NCBI RefSeq assembly: GCF_006345805.1
Contig: NC_043002.1
Coordinates: 39,866,001-39,930,000, forward strand
Direction of reading: 5' to 3'
Length of the DNA stretch: 64,000 nt
From: Octopus sinensis
Lineage: Eukaryota
Positions 1 through 11,958 of the stretch are shown piece by piece. The notes below the pieces were generated by a model. That model ran no database searches. It worked only from the letters and a program-made list of their open reading frames with translations, and had not been told where the DNA came from. Position 1 is the first letter of the stretch. Every line of letters begins with the position of its first letter. The position numbers and the translations under genes were made by a program.

Positions 1-104
1 CTAATGATACAGCAATTATCACCAACATGAAAATCAGTACATCCAACATCTCCACTGCTGCCAACCCACTAACTTTTGAACAATCAATGGCAATAGCAGT
101 AATA

Positions 105-184
105 GGGATCTTTACTTTTTGACCAACAGATTTTAAAAATTATTTTTTGTAACTAAACACTTTCAAACTTCGTATACTGGTATT
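105..184 (+). mobile_element. Left terminus of a GGATC-TIR MITE-related element
   Basis: tagggatctttac...gtaactaaacactttcaaacttcgtatactggta resembles the left end of the MITE at 44800 and the reverse complement of 59786-59865. Confidence 0.4.
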
Positions 185-1185
185 TCTCATGAAGAAATAT
201 CAACACTGGAATTTAAAGATACCAAAAACTGTATGTAGCTTCTTCTAAGAGGAAGTGCCACTTGTGATATGTAATTAGACCTTCTACATGTGCATCATTT
301 TCAAAGGTTATGTAAAGTTTAATTTACCTCTGATTGGAAGTTTAAATAAAAAGGCATGTATTACTAAGAGCCTTTTCAAAGAGTGGTTTACTAACACTTT
401 TGTCCTGTTGCAGAAAGGCCTATCACCAGATATATCTCCAATAAAGCATCACTTCTTTTAGACAATATATCAAGCAATCCAATGAACCTAAATGAGTTTT
501 CTGATCATGTGAGAGTAGAATACATCACCAAATATACAACTTCTTCGCTACCACCAGTGGATCATGGTATGATAGTTAACTTCAAGTCATATTGTCTGAG
601 AAGTACTTTCAAACAGTTTATGAAAGCAATTGACAGGAATTGCAATTAGAGACTTCTGGATGATGTTCAATATAATGGGTGCTTGGGATAACATTACTGA
701 AGTGAGACCCTCAACTATGAATGGAGACCCTCAATTATGAATGGAAAAATATACAGTTTGTTTGTATTCATGGAATACAAGTTTCCCACAAGCAGAAAAT
801 CTACTTCAAATTCAGAAAGATGTGATACTTGCAAATGATATAGTTTGAAGAATTCATAGGGGATGGTGTAGTTGAGTCGCTAGTGCCCCATAGATAATGT
901 TTATCTAATAAGGAGCTAACACTGTTGGAACAAAAGCAAACTGAGAATGCAGATGATAATAGAGAAATTCCATTAGCTCCACTTATATTGACTGCAAAGA
1001 ATATTGTTAAAGGTTTGGCACTTATAGAAAAAGGCCTGCAAGTTTTTTTGTTGATAACAACTTTAATCACTAATATAGCATAAAAAATTACAAGAGGAGT
1101 TCACAACGATCTCAGTTCCTTCACTGAACTGTACGAAGAGATGATGCACCATAAACATCAAACAATTTTTTTGGATATATTCTTC
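185..1185 (+). pseudogene. Tigger/pogo-like (DDE_1) transposase remnant
   Basis: Frameshifted translations LLLRGSATCDM*, FKGYVKFNLPLIGSLNKKACITKSLFKEWFTNTF, LLLDNISSNP..HVRVEYITKYTTSSLPPVDHGMIVNFKSYCLRSTFKQ and LTAKNIVKGLALIEKGLQVF match Tigger-type catalytic and C-terminal motifs. Multiple stops. Confidence 0.8.
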
Positions 1186-1488
1186 CCCACCCTCCAAGTA
1201 GATGTTGATGATGATGAACTACAAAAAGGAGATAGTGTCCCCCCATCCTCCCAGTAACTATCATATCATCACCATCACCACCACCACCCTTCACGCAGTA
1301 GACTTGTTTTCTCTAACACCATTAAGATACTATGGTTCTTATTTATTCCCTAAAGAATTTCTCTTCAAATGTTTTTATGTATACATATTGTTCAGAGTAG
1401 TTTTACAAAATATTTTCATGCATATATTTGGCTGCATTACTTGTCTTTGTATTACTTTTTCTCTTTTTTAAAAAAAGATACCTGCCAG

Positions 1489-1566
1489 AATGCATTATCA
1501 CTTTATAATATGGAAACCAAAGGGAAAATGAAAGTTTTTCAGGAATGCACAACTCCCACAGTGTGG
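1489..1566 (+). CDS. Candidate 78-nt internal exon (NALSLYNMETKGKMKVFQECTTPTVW), gene unidentified
   Basis: Pyrimidine tract then cag at 1486-1488 (alternative aag at 1475-1477), open frame, donor TGG|gtaatt at 1567. No partner exons found. Confidence 0.25.
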
Positions 1567-1599
1567 GTAATTCCTATATACACTGTATATGTACATATA

Positions 1600-1709
1600 G
1601 ATATACATACATACATACATAATACATACATACATACATACATACATACATACAAAAATACACGCATACATGCATACATACATACATACATACATAATAC
1701 ATACATACA

Positions 1710-1744
<35 letters not shown>

Positions 1745-1745
1745 G
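1600..1745. repeat. (TACA)n microsatellite
   Basis: Direct reading; one of many TACA/TA/TG arrays. Confidence 0.95.
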
Positions 1746-1925
1746 TGTGTGTGAAATTTGACTGATCACTGCCTTTGCTGCCAACTGTGGTTGCTTTTAG
1801 CTTCAGAAGCAGAGAGAAATAGGGTTTACTTGGAAATAAAAGAGAGGGAGAAATTTCCCTCAAGGTTAGAGAATCACTGAGATTTATTTAAAATTTTTTT
1901 AATTTTATACATATATATAAGGTAA

Positions 1926-2268
1926 AAGGGTAAAGATCCCCTTTGGTCATGAATAACCATGGGATTACACCTAGAAGGTTCCCCTCCAAGGCACAAGCCT
2001 GGGCAGAATTGTTCATAGAAGACCAACAGTTGCCTATGCATACCAGCCTCCCCTCTGTGTGCTACTGGTGTTATCCAAGGGAAAGGCAAAGGCTGACACA
2101 GCTTGGCACCACTGATATTGCAACTCATTTTTACAGCAGTTGAGTGAACTGGAGCAACATAAAATAAAGTGTCTTGCTCAAGAACACAATACACAGCCTG
2201 GTTCGGGAATTGAACTCATTACCTCATGATTGTGAGACCAATGCTCTAATCACTGAGCTAGGCACCTT
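1926..2268 (-). mobile_element. tRNA-derived SINE (family D: head ggcgcatggctcagtggttagagc)
   Basis: Homologous to copies at 40258-40590 (+) and 42555-42880 (-); A/B-box-like head on the minus strand. Confidence 0.85.
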
Positions 2269-2270
2269 TA

Positions 2271-3691
2271 CATTCCACAGGCACAGGAGTCAGTCAGGTG
2301 GCACTGGCATCAGCTATGTTTGGATGGTTCTTTTTATGGAGGGGTGGGGGGTATCGACCACATTTGGATGGTGCTTTTTACATGTCGCCAGCACAGGGAG
2401 CCAGGCAGGCAGAACTGGCATTGACCAACACATGAATGGTGCTTATTGCATGCCACCAGCATGGGAGCCAGTCAGGCAGTACTGTTATCAGCCACAACTA
2501 CAATTTTCATTTTCATTTCGATTTGATTGATACTCTGATTGTGATTTTGAGTTTACTTAATTCAATCATAGTGTATCACCCGACGATTTAAAGGTACTTT
2601 TTAAATGGGTTGGTTATGTGACACTGGTATAGGCTATGGCTATGATCTCACTTTACTTACCAGGTCTTCTCAATCACAGCATATTTCCAGAGGTCTCGGT
2701 CTCTTGGCATTGCCACTGTGAGACCCAACGTTCAAAGGTTATGCTTCACCACCTCATCCCATGTCTTCCTGGGTCTCCCTCTACCACTGTTCCTTCCTCT
2801 GTTAGGGAGTGACACTGCTTCACACAGCTCTCTTCATCCATATGCAGCACATGATCATACCAGCGCAGTCATCTCTCTTGCACACCACATATAATGCTTC
2901 TTATGTCCAACATTTCTCTCAGGATGCTTACACTCTGTGTGTGCACACTGACATTACACATCTAGCAGATTATATTAGCTTCATTTCTTTCAAGCCTACA
3001 TATGTCCTCAACAGTCATGACCCATGTTTCACTGCCATGTAGCATGGCAGTTCACACACATGCATCATACAATCTACTTTTCACTCTGAGTGAGAGGCTC
3101 TTTGTCACCAGTAGAGGTAGGCACTTTCTGAACTTTGCCCAGGCTATTCTTATTCTAGTGGCAATGCTCTTACAGCATCCACCCACGCTTCAGACTTGGT
3201 CACCTAGGTAGCGGAAGCTATCAACTACTTCTAGTTTCTCCCTCTGGCATGTGATAGAACTTCTTTTCTGAACATCTTCGGTGTTTATTGCCCCTGTGCA
3301 TCTGCAGCATACAAAAACTATCATCCTGGTTACCTTCCTTTGTTGTTGCTGCACCTTTTATGCATCCATAGCTTACATTGGGTACATGTTATGGAGTTTC
3401 TGCCAACATTTTTCTACAGATCGAGCAGGGCCATCTACCTGAAGGGGTTTGTGATTTGTTTGCCTCCCTACTTAGTATGACTTTGGTTTTTGCAGCATTG
3501 ACACTAAGACCTTTCAATTCTAAAAATGGCTTCCGCACCTGAAATTTCTTCTCTAGTTCTGGTAGTGAGTCAGCTATGAGAGCAACGTCATCAGCATACA
3601 GGGGCTCCCAGGGGCAGCCTGTCTTGAATTCCTCTGTTATTGCCTGGAGGACTATGATGAATGAGAGGGGGCTGAGGACTGATCCTTGGTG
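2271..3691 (-). mobile_element. 5'-truncated, decayed RTE-clade LINE (RT C-terminus, PHD-like finger, 3' UTR modules)
   Basis: Minus-strand translation gives HQGSVLSP, YADD, WPCSICRK..CTQC..HKRC, LGDQV, LHGSETW, RGRPRKTWDEVVKH. Homologous to 12655-13809, with stops and frameshifts. Confidence 0.9.
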
Positions 3692-3755
<64 letters not shown>

Positions 3756-3959
3756 GTGTGCGTGTGTGCACATGTGTATGTATATATGCATGTGTGTATG
3801 TCATTATTCAGTTTTATTTCAAAATTTCTTGATAATAGAGAAAGAGCCGGTTTCTAACCTAGATTCAAGGTTCCTTCATTGAAATTTCAACATCAACAAC
3901 AGGGTATTTTTGTAGGTATGTATGTATATGTATACATATGTACGTGTGTATGTGTGTGC

Positions 3960-3992
<33 letters not shown>

Positions 3993-4353
3993 CATATTGA
4001 TAGTAATAGTATGACAACAAAAGAATGAATGACACCTCAATACTATGTAAATAGAGGAATTTATCTGTAATAAAATAGGTGACAATTATTTGGTTGCCAT
4101 AATAAAACTCCGAGTTTTGGATGTCGAGACGGAAATTTGCTCTGGCATCTCGTCAGTTATTAAGACAAACAAAAATGCTATGAAAATGGCCGTTAAACGA
4201 AGGGAAATTGTTCAATGGTCATTTTAATGGTCAGAGTTTTATTATGGCAACTGAATAATTGTCACATATAATATTATATATACATATATATATGTATGTG
4301 CATACATATGTATATGTGTGTGTCTTTGTATTAGTGTATGTTTGTTTGTGTGT

Positions 4354-4416
<63 letters not shown>

Positions 4417-4626
4417 TGTGTGTCTGCCTGACAATTGGCATTGGTTTGCTTATATCCATGTGACTTAACAGTTTTGGCAATAGAAACCCTATAGTAAAAG
4501 TACCACCAAGCTTTAAAGTCAATTCGTTTGAGTAAACCCACTGGTCGCAGTGCAATGACTGAAACAAGCAAATGATAAAACATAAAAGATAGTAGAGTGA
4601 GTTTTTTTTTTTTAATATACAAGACC

Positions 4627-4893
4627 AAAAAGCACCATCCGTACGTGGTCGATGCCAGCACCACCTTGACTGGCTTCCGTGCCGGTGGCACGTAAAAAGC
4701 ACCAACCGATCGTGGACGTTGCCAGCCTCCCCTGGCACCTGTGTCGGAGGCACGTAAAAAGCACCCACAACACTGTAGAAACACTGCCAGATCAGACTGG
4801 AGCCTGGTGCAGCCTCCTGGCTTCCCAGACCCCAGTTGAACCATCCAACCCATGCTAGCATGGAAAACGGACGTTAAACGATGATGATGATAA
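4627..4893 (+). mobile_element. RTE LINE 3' UTR fragment with (ATG)n tail
   Basis: GC-rich modules, ccatgctagcatgg palindrome at 4850-4863, gatgatgat tail. Confidence 0.85.
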
Positions 4894-6170
4894 TGACCAT
4901 ATCTCACATAACAGTTATTTGTTCCTTCTGTAGCTTATACAGGCCTTCTGAAAATCAACAGCACTCTAATACGAAATAAAACTGCGTAACAGACAATGAA
5001 GTGTCTCAAGAAGATAAAAATCATAGCTGGTATGTCATTTAAATTGTCAGTTAATATTTCAGGTCAATGGCTTTAAGTTGACTACTTCAATACTTGATCT
5101 CAAGAGCCATCCAAATTTCCATCAACATCTGCATTCAGATTTGAATTTCCTAATAAGTAAATCATGAAGTGGAGTCCTGAGCCCCTTTTTAATTTAGCTA
5201 CAGATATTTCCGCACAAAGGAAAAACAAAAGGCAACCTAGACTGAAATAGAAGTATTTATTTCATATCATATGGAGGATTGGTACCACTCAAAGATTGTC
5301 CTGATTTTATTTCCTTTGTTTATCTGCTCTTCAGTCTAGTGTAACATCCTCAATTTTTACGACGTACACTTTAGCACAGACTATCCTTCCCAACCATCAG
5401 TGCAACTCACTTATAAAATAAATCCTCACACCTTAGTGTCCAAAGGAAATACTTTAAACAACACATAACATATTATTATATATTCTACAATTTATGTCAT
5501 TGCTGTGTAGGTTACGTGCACATGAGAGCATCTTATATGGAAATGACAAAAACCACACCATCTTTTTATTTTTAAACTAAGGATTGGAAATTGTTTACTG
5601 GCTAAATTATCTAAGTATAAATAACTCTTGTAAACAATAACATCTTCATTTAAGTGTTGTTTTGTTGCAGCTAAAATGATATGAAGTAATGATTTGACAA
5701 TTAATTACATCAAGGATCAAGTTTCAGTTTACCCTAAATCCTCTAACATGGAAAAATTTTAATGCTATTTCAGGACCATTTTCTTCATCTTAGTGGCTTA
5801 AAGGTTTTGATATTTCAAAGAGTGATAAAACGCTACATTGCTTATATTTGATATTTATGTTATAAGTATAAATACACACACAAACCCACACACACATACA
5901 TATAAGTATATAATTACAAATATAAATATAATTAAGGGCTCTGGAATGCCAGTGCCTATATGCTAAAAAGTAGATGTCAAATATCTACAATCCACTCTAA
6001 ATCAGTTCTCTAATTTTCTAACCCTGGGTCGAATGCAAGGAAATGGGCAAGAAGATAAACAAAATTTTGCTTATCTTCTTGCACATTTCCTCACACTTGA
6101 CCTAAGGTTAAAAAATTAGAGAGCTGATTTAGAGTGGATTGACATACAAGTACATACATACATATATCAT

Positions 6171-6325
6171 AAGTCTTGTGAGTGGATTTGGTAGACGTAA
6201 ACTGAAAGAAGCCCATCATATATAGCCTGAGGCTATAGTAGAAGTCCAAGGTGCCATGCTGTGGGACTGAACCCAGAAACATGTTCTGGGAAGCAAGCTT
6301 CTTACTACACCACCACTCCTGCACC

Positions 6326-6328
<3 letters not shown>
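6171..6328 (-). mobile_element. SINE family B head (ggagtggctgtgtggtaag...) with internal micro-inversion
   Basis: Head at 6225-6328 on the minus strand; the next consensus segment (6171-6224) is present in plus orientation. Confidence 0.75.
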
Positions 6329-6393
<65 letters not shown>

Positions 6394-6929
6394 TATTTAT
6401 TTATTTATTTATCACAGAAAGTAAAGTAATTTTTTTATGTGGGATAGCTTTGAAAACAGCCTAGAAAAGTGGGTGAATACTCCTAGAAGACAGGAAAAAG
6501 TTGCCAAGAAGTGACTACAGAGAATCAAACCCTATACCTGAGAGGTGGCATAAGCATCATAATTTGGAAAGAGAATGAGATACAAGTGGAAATAGAGGAA
6601 AGGTATTGACTATGGTATTGACTATCTTTTCTCATTCACCACTAGTAAGAGGCAATGAATATGAGAAGAGATGATAGAAAAACGAGGGTTTACTAGATAA
6701 GCAAATGAGGCATCAAATAGTGATTTAGTAGATACAAGTGGATGAAAGGCACAAAACTTGATATGTTTTCTGGCCCCCATCACTGACTGTCCCCTATTAT
6801 AACATACAGACTTGCATGAGGAACCAAGCTTCTCAAGTATTGCACATCACCAGTCAGCATAGTTCTTAATCATTTTCTTTGACCCTAGTCCTCCTAAGTC
6901 TCTCTTCTCCATAAATTCCAGTAACTCTG

Positions 6930-7890
6930 AATGTGAAGCACTTGCATTATGTGTATATACCAGTGCAATCCTCTTCAAGCTTTTCTGGCTTTGCATATCA
7001 CCAATCAATATGGACCTTTATCCTTTTATTTGAGCCGCAACAACTTAGGATCAATTTTTACCACTTGGATCCACTTTTTCCTGAGCTTCCCTCTTTTTAC
7101 CACTTTTTCCTGAGTCCCCCTCTTTTTACCACTTTTTCCTGAGCCACCTTCTTTCACAGGTCCCATTCCTTTTGTATGTGCATCACACCCTTATACAGCT
7201 GTCATCTTCCATATGCATAACAAGCACATACCACTGAAATTCTCCTTCTTGAACACTACATGTGCTTCCTCTTATAACCAGTTTTCTCACAGTTTATTTG
7301 CACTTCAACGTTTATGCACACTAACATTGCACATCCAATGAAGTACACATATTTTGTTTCTTTCTAGTCTTCTCAAGATCTCTGCAATGTTGTCTAGTAG
7401 CACAATGCTGCAACTCTCATTGCCAGACAACAATGCACTTCACAGACAAACATCATACAATCTATTTTTCACCCTGTGAGAGAAGCCCTTTGATGCTAGT
7501 AGAGATATTAGCTCCTTAAACCTTTTTTTTCAGCTCGTTCTTACTCTAGCTGCTGCACTTTTAGAATGTATGCAACCACCACCACCTCAACCCCATTAAT
7601 TAGGTTACCTAGGTAACAACAGCTATTGACAAATTATAGGGCACCATCAGAGCATTTCAGATAATCTATTTCTTCAGTGTTCCTCAGAGCTTATTGCCCC
7701 AGTGCACTTGCTACTTATGAAATTTTTCTTCTCTGTGAGTCTACCTGTAATTCCACTACACTTTTGTTTATCCATTTTCAACAAGGAGCACACGTCATGG
7801 AATTCCTATCCACTCCTTTCCTGCATGCTGCAAATGACTATTTTTCTGATGGTAGCAGGGTCCTGTCTTCTTTCCTACATACCAAAACTA
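6930..7890 (-). mobile_element. Old, divergent RTE LINE fragment
   Basis: Degenerate ACRKGVDRNSMTCAPC..KW..SKCTGA and YLGNL segments; otherwise similar to the younger RTE copies. Confidence 0.65.
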
Positions 7891-8392
7891 GATACTGAAA
7901 TACTTTTACCTTGATTGGTTTATCTTCTGATTCTAAACTCGCATGCCTTACATGATCTAATTCACCTTACTCTTTCCCTCTCTTTTTAATCTCTCATACA
8001 TATATATATATATTTATTCTGTGGTATAAAAAACATAAAATGCTCCATAGTGTTTGAAGTGAGTGCGTATTGTGATATTTGGCATATGTAAAGGTAAACA
8101 AGATTGTATAGCTGAAACTAAGATTCACTTAGTCTTTTGATCAGCAGGACGTATCAAAGGATTGGTAACAAATCCTTTGGTGTATCCATTAGAACAAAGA
8201 CTGATTGAATGAAACCAGGCTTTTGATATATAATCCTGTTTATTTTGCATATGAAAACATATGCAAACAGACATACATATTTATAATATATGGAGACAGA
8301 CAGACAAACACATGCATACATACATACATACATACAACATACATACATACATACATACATACATACATACATACATACATACATACATACAT

Positions 8393-8625
8393 AGTAGTGC
8401 TCAAATGTTCCAAACTTAGACTCCGATGTCTTTACAGGGGATCAATCCCATGGGGATAAAGAATGGCTATAAGAGGGATGAAGTTGAGCAGATATGGAAA
8501 CAATTATGAGGATAAACAAATTAGATATATTAGATATAACAGTTTGGGTATGAAATACAAAATATGTATATTTGTATACATGCAAAATGAGAGAAAGCAA
8601 AAGGTACATACATAAATACATACAT
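8393..8625 (+). mobile_element. Possible fossil 3' end of a non-LTR element embedded in (TACA)n
   Basis: Unique 230 bp between TACA arrays. Weak resemblance (GSIPWG / GYKRDEVEQIWKQL) to the R4-like C-terminus at 23146. Confidence 0.25.
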
Positions 8626-8650
8626 ACATAAATACATACATGCATACATA

Positions 8651-9932
8651 CGAGGAGCGTTCAATAAGTAATGCCCCTGACCCACTTCCCATAGCAGTAG
8701 AGCAACGAAACTTGGCACATTTATTAGTCTTTTTCTACATAGGAACCCCCCAGAGTTACGCATTTCTCCCATTGTTTGATACAGCTCTGAAGACCGTTTT
8801 TGTAGAAGACCCCAGCTTGGTCCTCCAACCACGACGTGACTTCAGAAATCAAGGCTGCATCATCTGGGAAACGCTTTCCTTTCAAAAACAACTTCATGGC
8901 TGGGAAGAGGTGAAAATCAGAGGGTGCAGGTCAGGAGAGTAGGGAGAATGGGGGATGAGTTCATAGCCGCACGCCTGTGCTTCTGATCTGGCGACACGCG
9001 AGTTGTGGATCGGAGCGTTGTCCTGCAGGAGGAGGATGCCTTTGCTGATCTTGCCCCGCCTCTTGATTTTGATAGCTTCTCTTAATTTCCTCAAAAGTGA
9101 AGCATAATAGACTCCTGTAATTGTGGCACCCTTTGCCAAGAAATCTGTCATCACTACTCCGTCCTGGTCCCAGAAGACTGTGAGCATGACCTTGCCAGCG
9201 GAGGGCTGCACCCTTGCCTTCTTTGGAGGAGGTGAGTCACGGTGCTTCCACTGCATTGACTGGGCTTTGGTCTCTGGATCATAGTGATGGACCCAGGTTT
9301 CATCCTGTGTAATCAATCTTTTGAAAAATTTTGACTCATCTTGGCACAAATTCATCCTCGCGCACTCGACGCGTTCTTGCTTCTGGAAAGGCGTGAGCAA
9401 CCTGGGAATCCATCTGGCAGACACCTATTGCATATGCAAATGGTCATGAATGATAGTTTCCACAGACCCGGTACTAATCTTGACCTCATGGGCTATTTGG
9501 CAAATAGTTATGCGTCGATCTTCCAAAATGGCAGCCTCAACTTGACGGACAGATGCCTCATCAATGGCAGAAGGGGGCGACCAGATCTGGGAGCTGTTTC
9601 CACAAAGTTCCGACCATGCTTGAATTCACGATGCCAGCGTTTTACAAGGTCATATGATGGGGCATCATCACCATAAGTTACTTTTATTTCATCAAAAGTC
9701 TCCCGTGATGTGCGTCCTTTCAAATACAAAAACCGCATCACTGCTCGACACTCAACAGGCTCCGTTTCACACTTGACTCAGTTCAAACACCTGTAAATCA
9801 GAAACCACAATTAGTTCGGAGCTGTAATTTGCCACTTAATCTATAGAGATATAAATAATTGCACATGCAAAATTTCAGCTAGATCAAACAACTGCAAGTG
9901 GGTCAGAGGCATTACTTATTGAACGCCCCTCG
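8651..9932 (-). mobile_element. Full-length mariner transposon (1282 bp), irritans-like
   Basis: TIRs cgagg(a/g)gcgttcaataagtaatgcc(c/t)ctgacccactt at both ends; TA at 8649-8650 and 9933-9934; inserted in (TACA)n. Confidence 0.95.
8724..9765 (-). pseudogene. Mariner D,D34D transposase pseudogene
   Basis: WIPRLLT, ITQDETW, GKVMLTVFWD, QDNAPIH, YSPDL. Start codon reads ACG, frameshift after SGRP, TAG before VSARW, frameshift at YSPDL; stop TAA at 8724-8726. Confidence 0.92.
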
Positions 9933-9940
9933 TACATACA

Positions 9941-9974
<34 letters not shown>

Positions 9975-10045
9975 CATACATACATACATACATACTTACA
10001 TACATACATACATACATACAACATACATACATACATACATACACA

Positions 10046-10091
<46 letters not shown>

Positions 10092-10295
10092 CTTTATCTG
10101 TTATCTTTTACTTGTTTCAGTCAATAGACTGCAGCCAATCTCGAGACACTACCTTCACAGGTTTATGTGAAACAAACTGACACCAGGTATTTAAGTCTAG
10201 TACGTATTCAGTTGGTCTCTGTTTGCCAAACTACTAACTTATAAGGACATAAACAAACTTGACCACAAGTTGTGGGGAAACGACAGAAAGACACA

Positions 10296-10330
<35 letters not shown>

Positions 10331-10467
10331 TTATATATATACATGCATACGTATACATATAGATAGATATAGAGATGTGTGTATATAATATATATATATT
10401 ATATGCATATAAATAAATATAGTTATGGGTGTGTATAAATACACACACACACACACACACATACATA

Positions 10468-10518
<51 letters not shown>

Positions 10519-11222
10519 GCAGTGTGGAAGGTGTTTATAAGCCATTTAAGAAACACACAAAAGCCGCTCGATTCACTTCAACATTAAGTTTAATTTGTCA
10601 AAATATTTTCAGCGCTAAAATCCGCGACCTGTTCACTGACAAAAATCCGTGCTGCATCTGAGAAAGTAACAGTTAGTTCGTCATATATATGTACGTATGT
10701 ATGTGTGTATGTATGCATACATGTGTGTATGTATGTATGTATGCATGTACGTACATACACCTGTGTATGCATGTATGTATGTATGTATGTATGTATGTAT
10801 ATATGTATGTGTGTGTATATGCACGCACATACACACTATAAACATAAAGCTATAAACCTGTAGCGATGGATAGATGTAGAGTGACCACTCATCACAATAA
10901 TATCAAATTTCAACTTCTCCCCCCCCCCCGCCGAAGCCTGGAAGTGATTTATGACCCTTACTCCCAAAACTATACCCTAAAACCTATTATCAGATATTTA
11001 TCTCTATATCACAGAACTTTTGTTTTACTATTGTGCGTATGTATGTATGTATGTGCGTATATGTATGTATGTATGTATGTGTGTATGTAAATACGTATGC
11101 ATGTGCGTATGTATGTATACGCGCCCGTATGCATATATTTATATTTATATATGCACGTATGCATATATATATATATATATGTATATGTGTATGAATATAT
11201 ATATGTGTGTATATATACATAT

Positions 11223-11255
<33 letters not shown>

Positions 11256-11392
11256 TTGCAAAAATTTAGATTTAGATGAATATGGTACTTAAGTTGAGGC
11301 ACCAGAATTTAGTACGGTATTATCCATACAATTTCAAAATAAGATGATTAAAATCAAAATAAGGAACTGCTTATTTTGATATATATATATAA

Positions 11393-11446
<54 letters not shown>

Positions 11447-11780
11447 ACTTAGCCTAACACATTTATATGTAGACAAACTGCTTATCATAATGAAAATGGT
11501 TCAAGGATCACAGAATAAATTTCAAACATAGATGCTTAGTTTAAAGTCCAAAGGGTTAGAGGTCAACATGAGAAAGGCTGTAATTATTATTCATAGCAAG
11601 GAGTATGAAATACCTATGCCTCTTGCACTTTAGACATTAAACCATTCCGTTCAAGGAAGCAGACTTTATGAAACATGTGTAGGAAGTGTGACATCATTAG
11701 GTGGTAGTGAAACATGAGCACTGACTCTCTAAGAATTGTAGAGATTAGGTAGAATTGAGGCAAGTATGATCATTTACATA

Positions 11781-11945
11781 TGCAGGCATGGCCTTGTAAT
11801 CAGAAGTTTGTTCTCCAACCACATGGTTTCAGGTTCAGTCCCACTGTATAGCACCTTGGGCAAGAGCCTTTTATTATAGCCCCTCGCCAACAAATGCCTT
11901 GTGAATGGATTTAGTTGAGGGAAACTGAAAGAAGCCTCTCATATA
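11781..11945 (+). mobile_element. SINE family B head
   Basis: aaccacatggtttcaggttcagtcccactg...accttgggcaag...actgaaagaagcc. Confidence 0.8.
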
Positions 11946-11958
11946 TATATATATATAT

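Noticed and set aside
7655-7677. Minus-strand CTGAAGA..GAAA
   Set aside because: Lies within RTE coding sequence; no stem I/III pairing.
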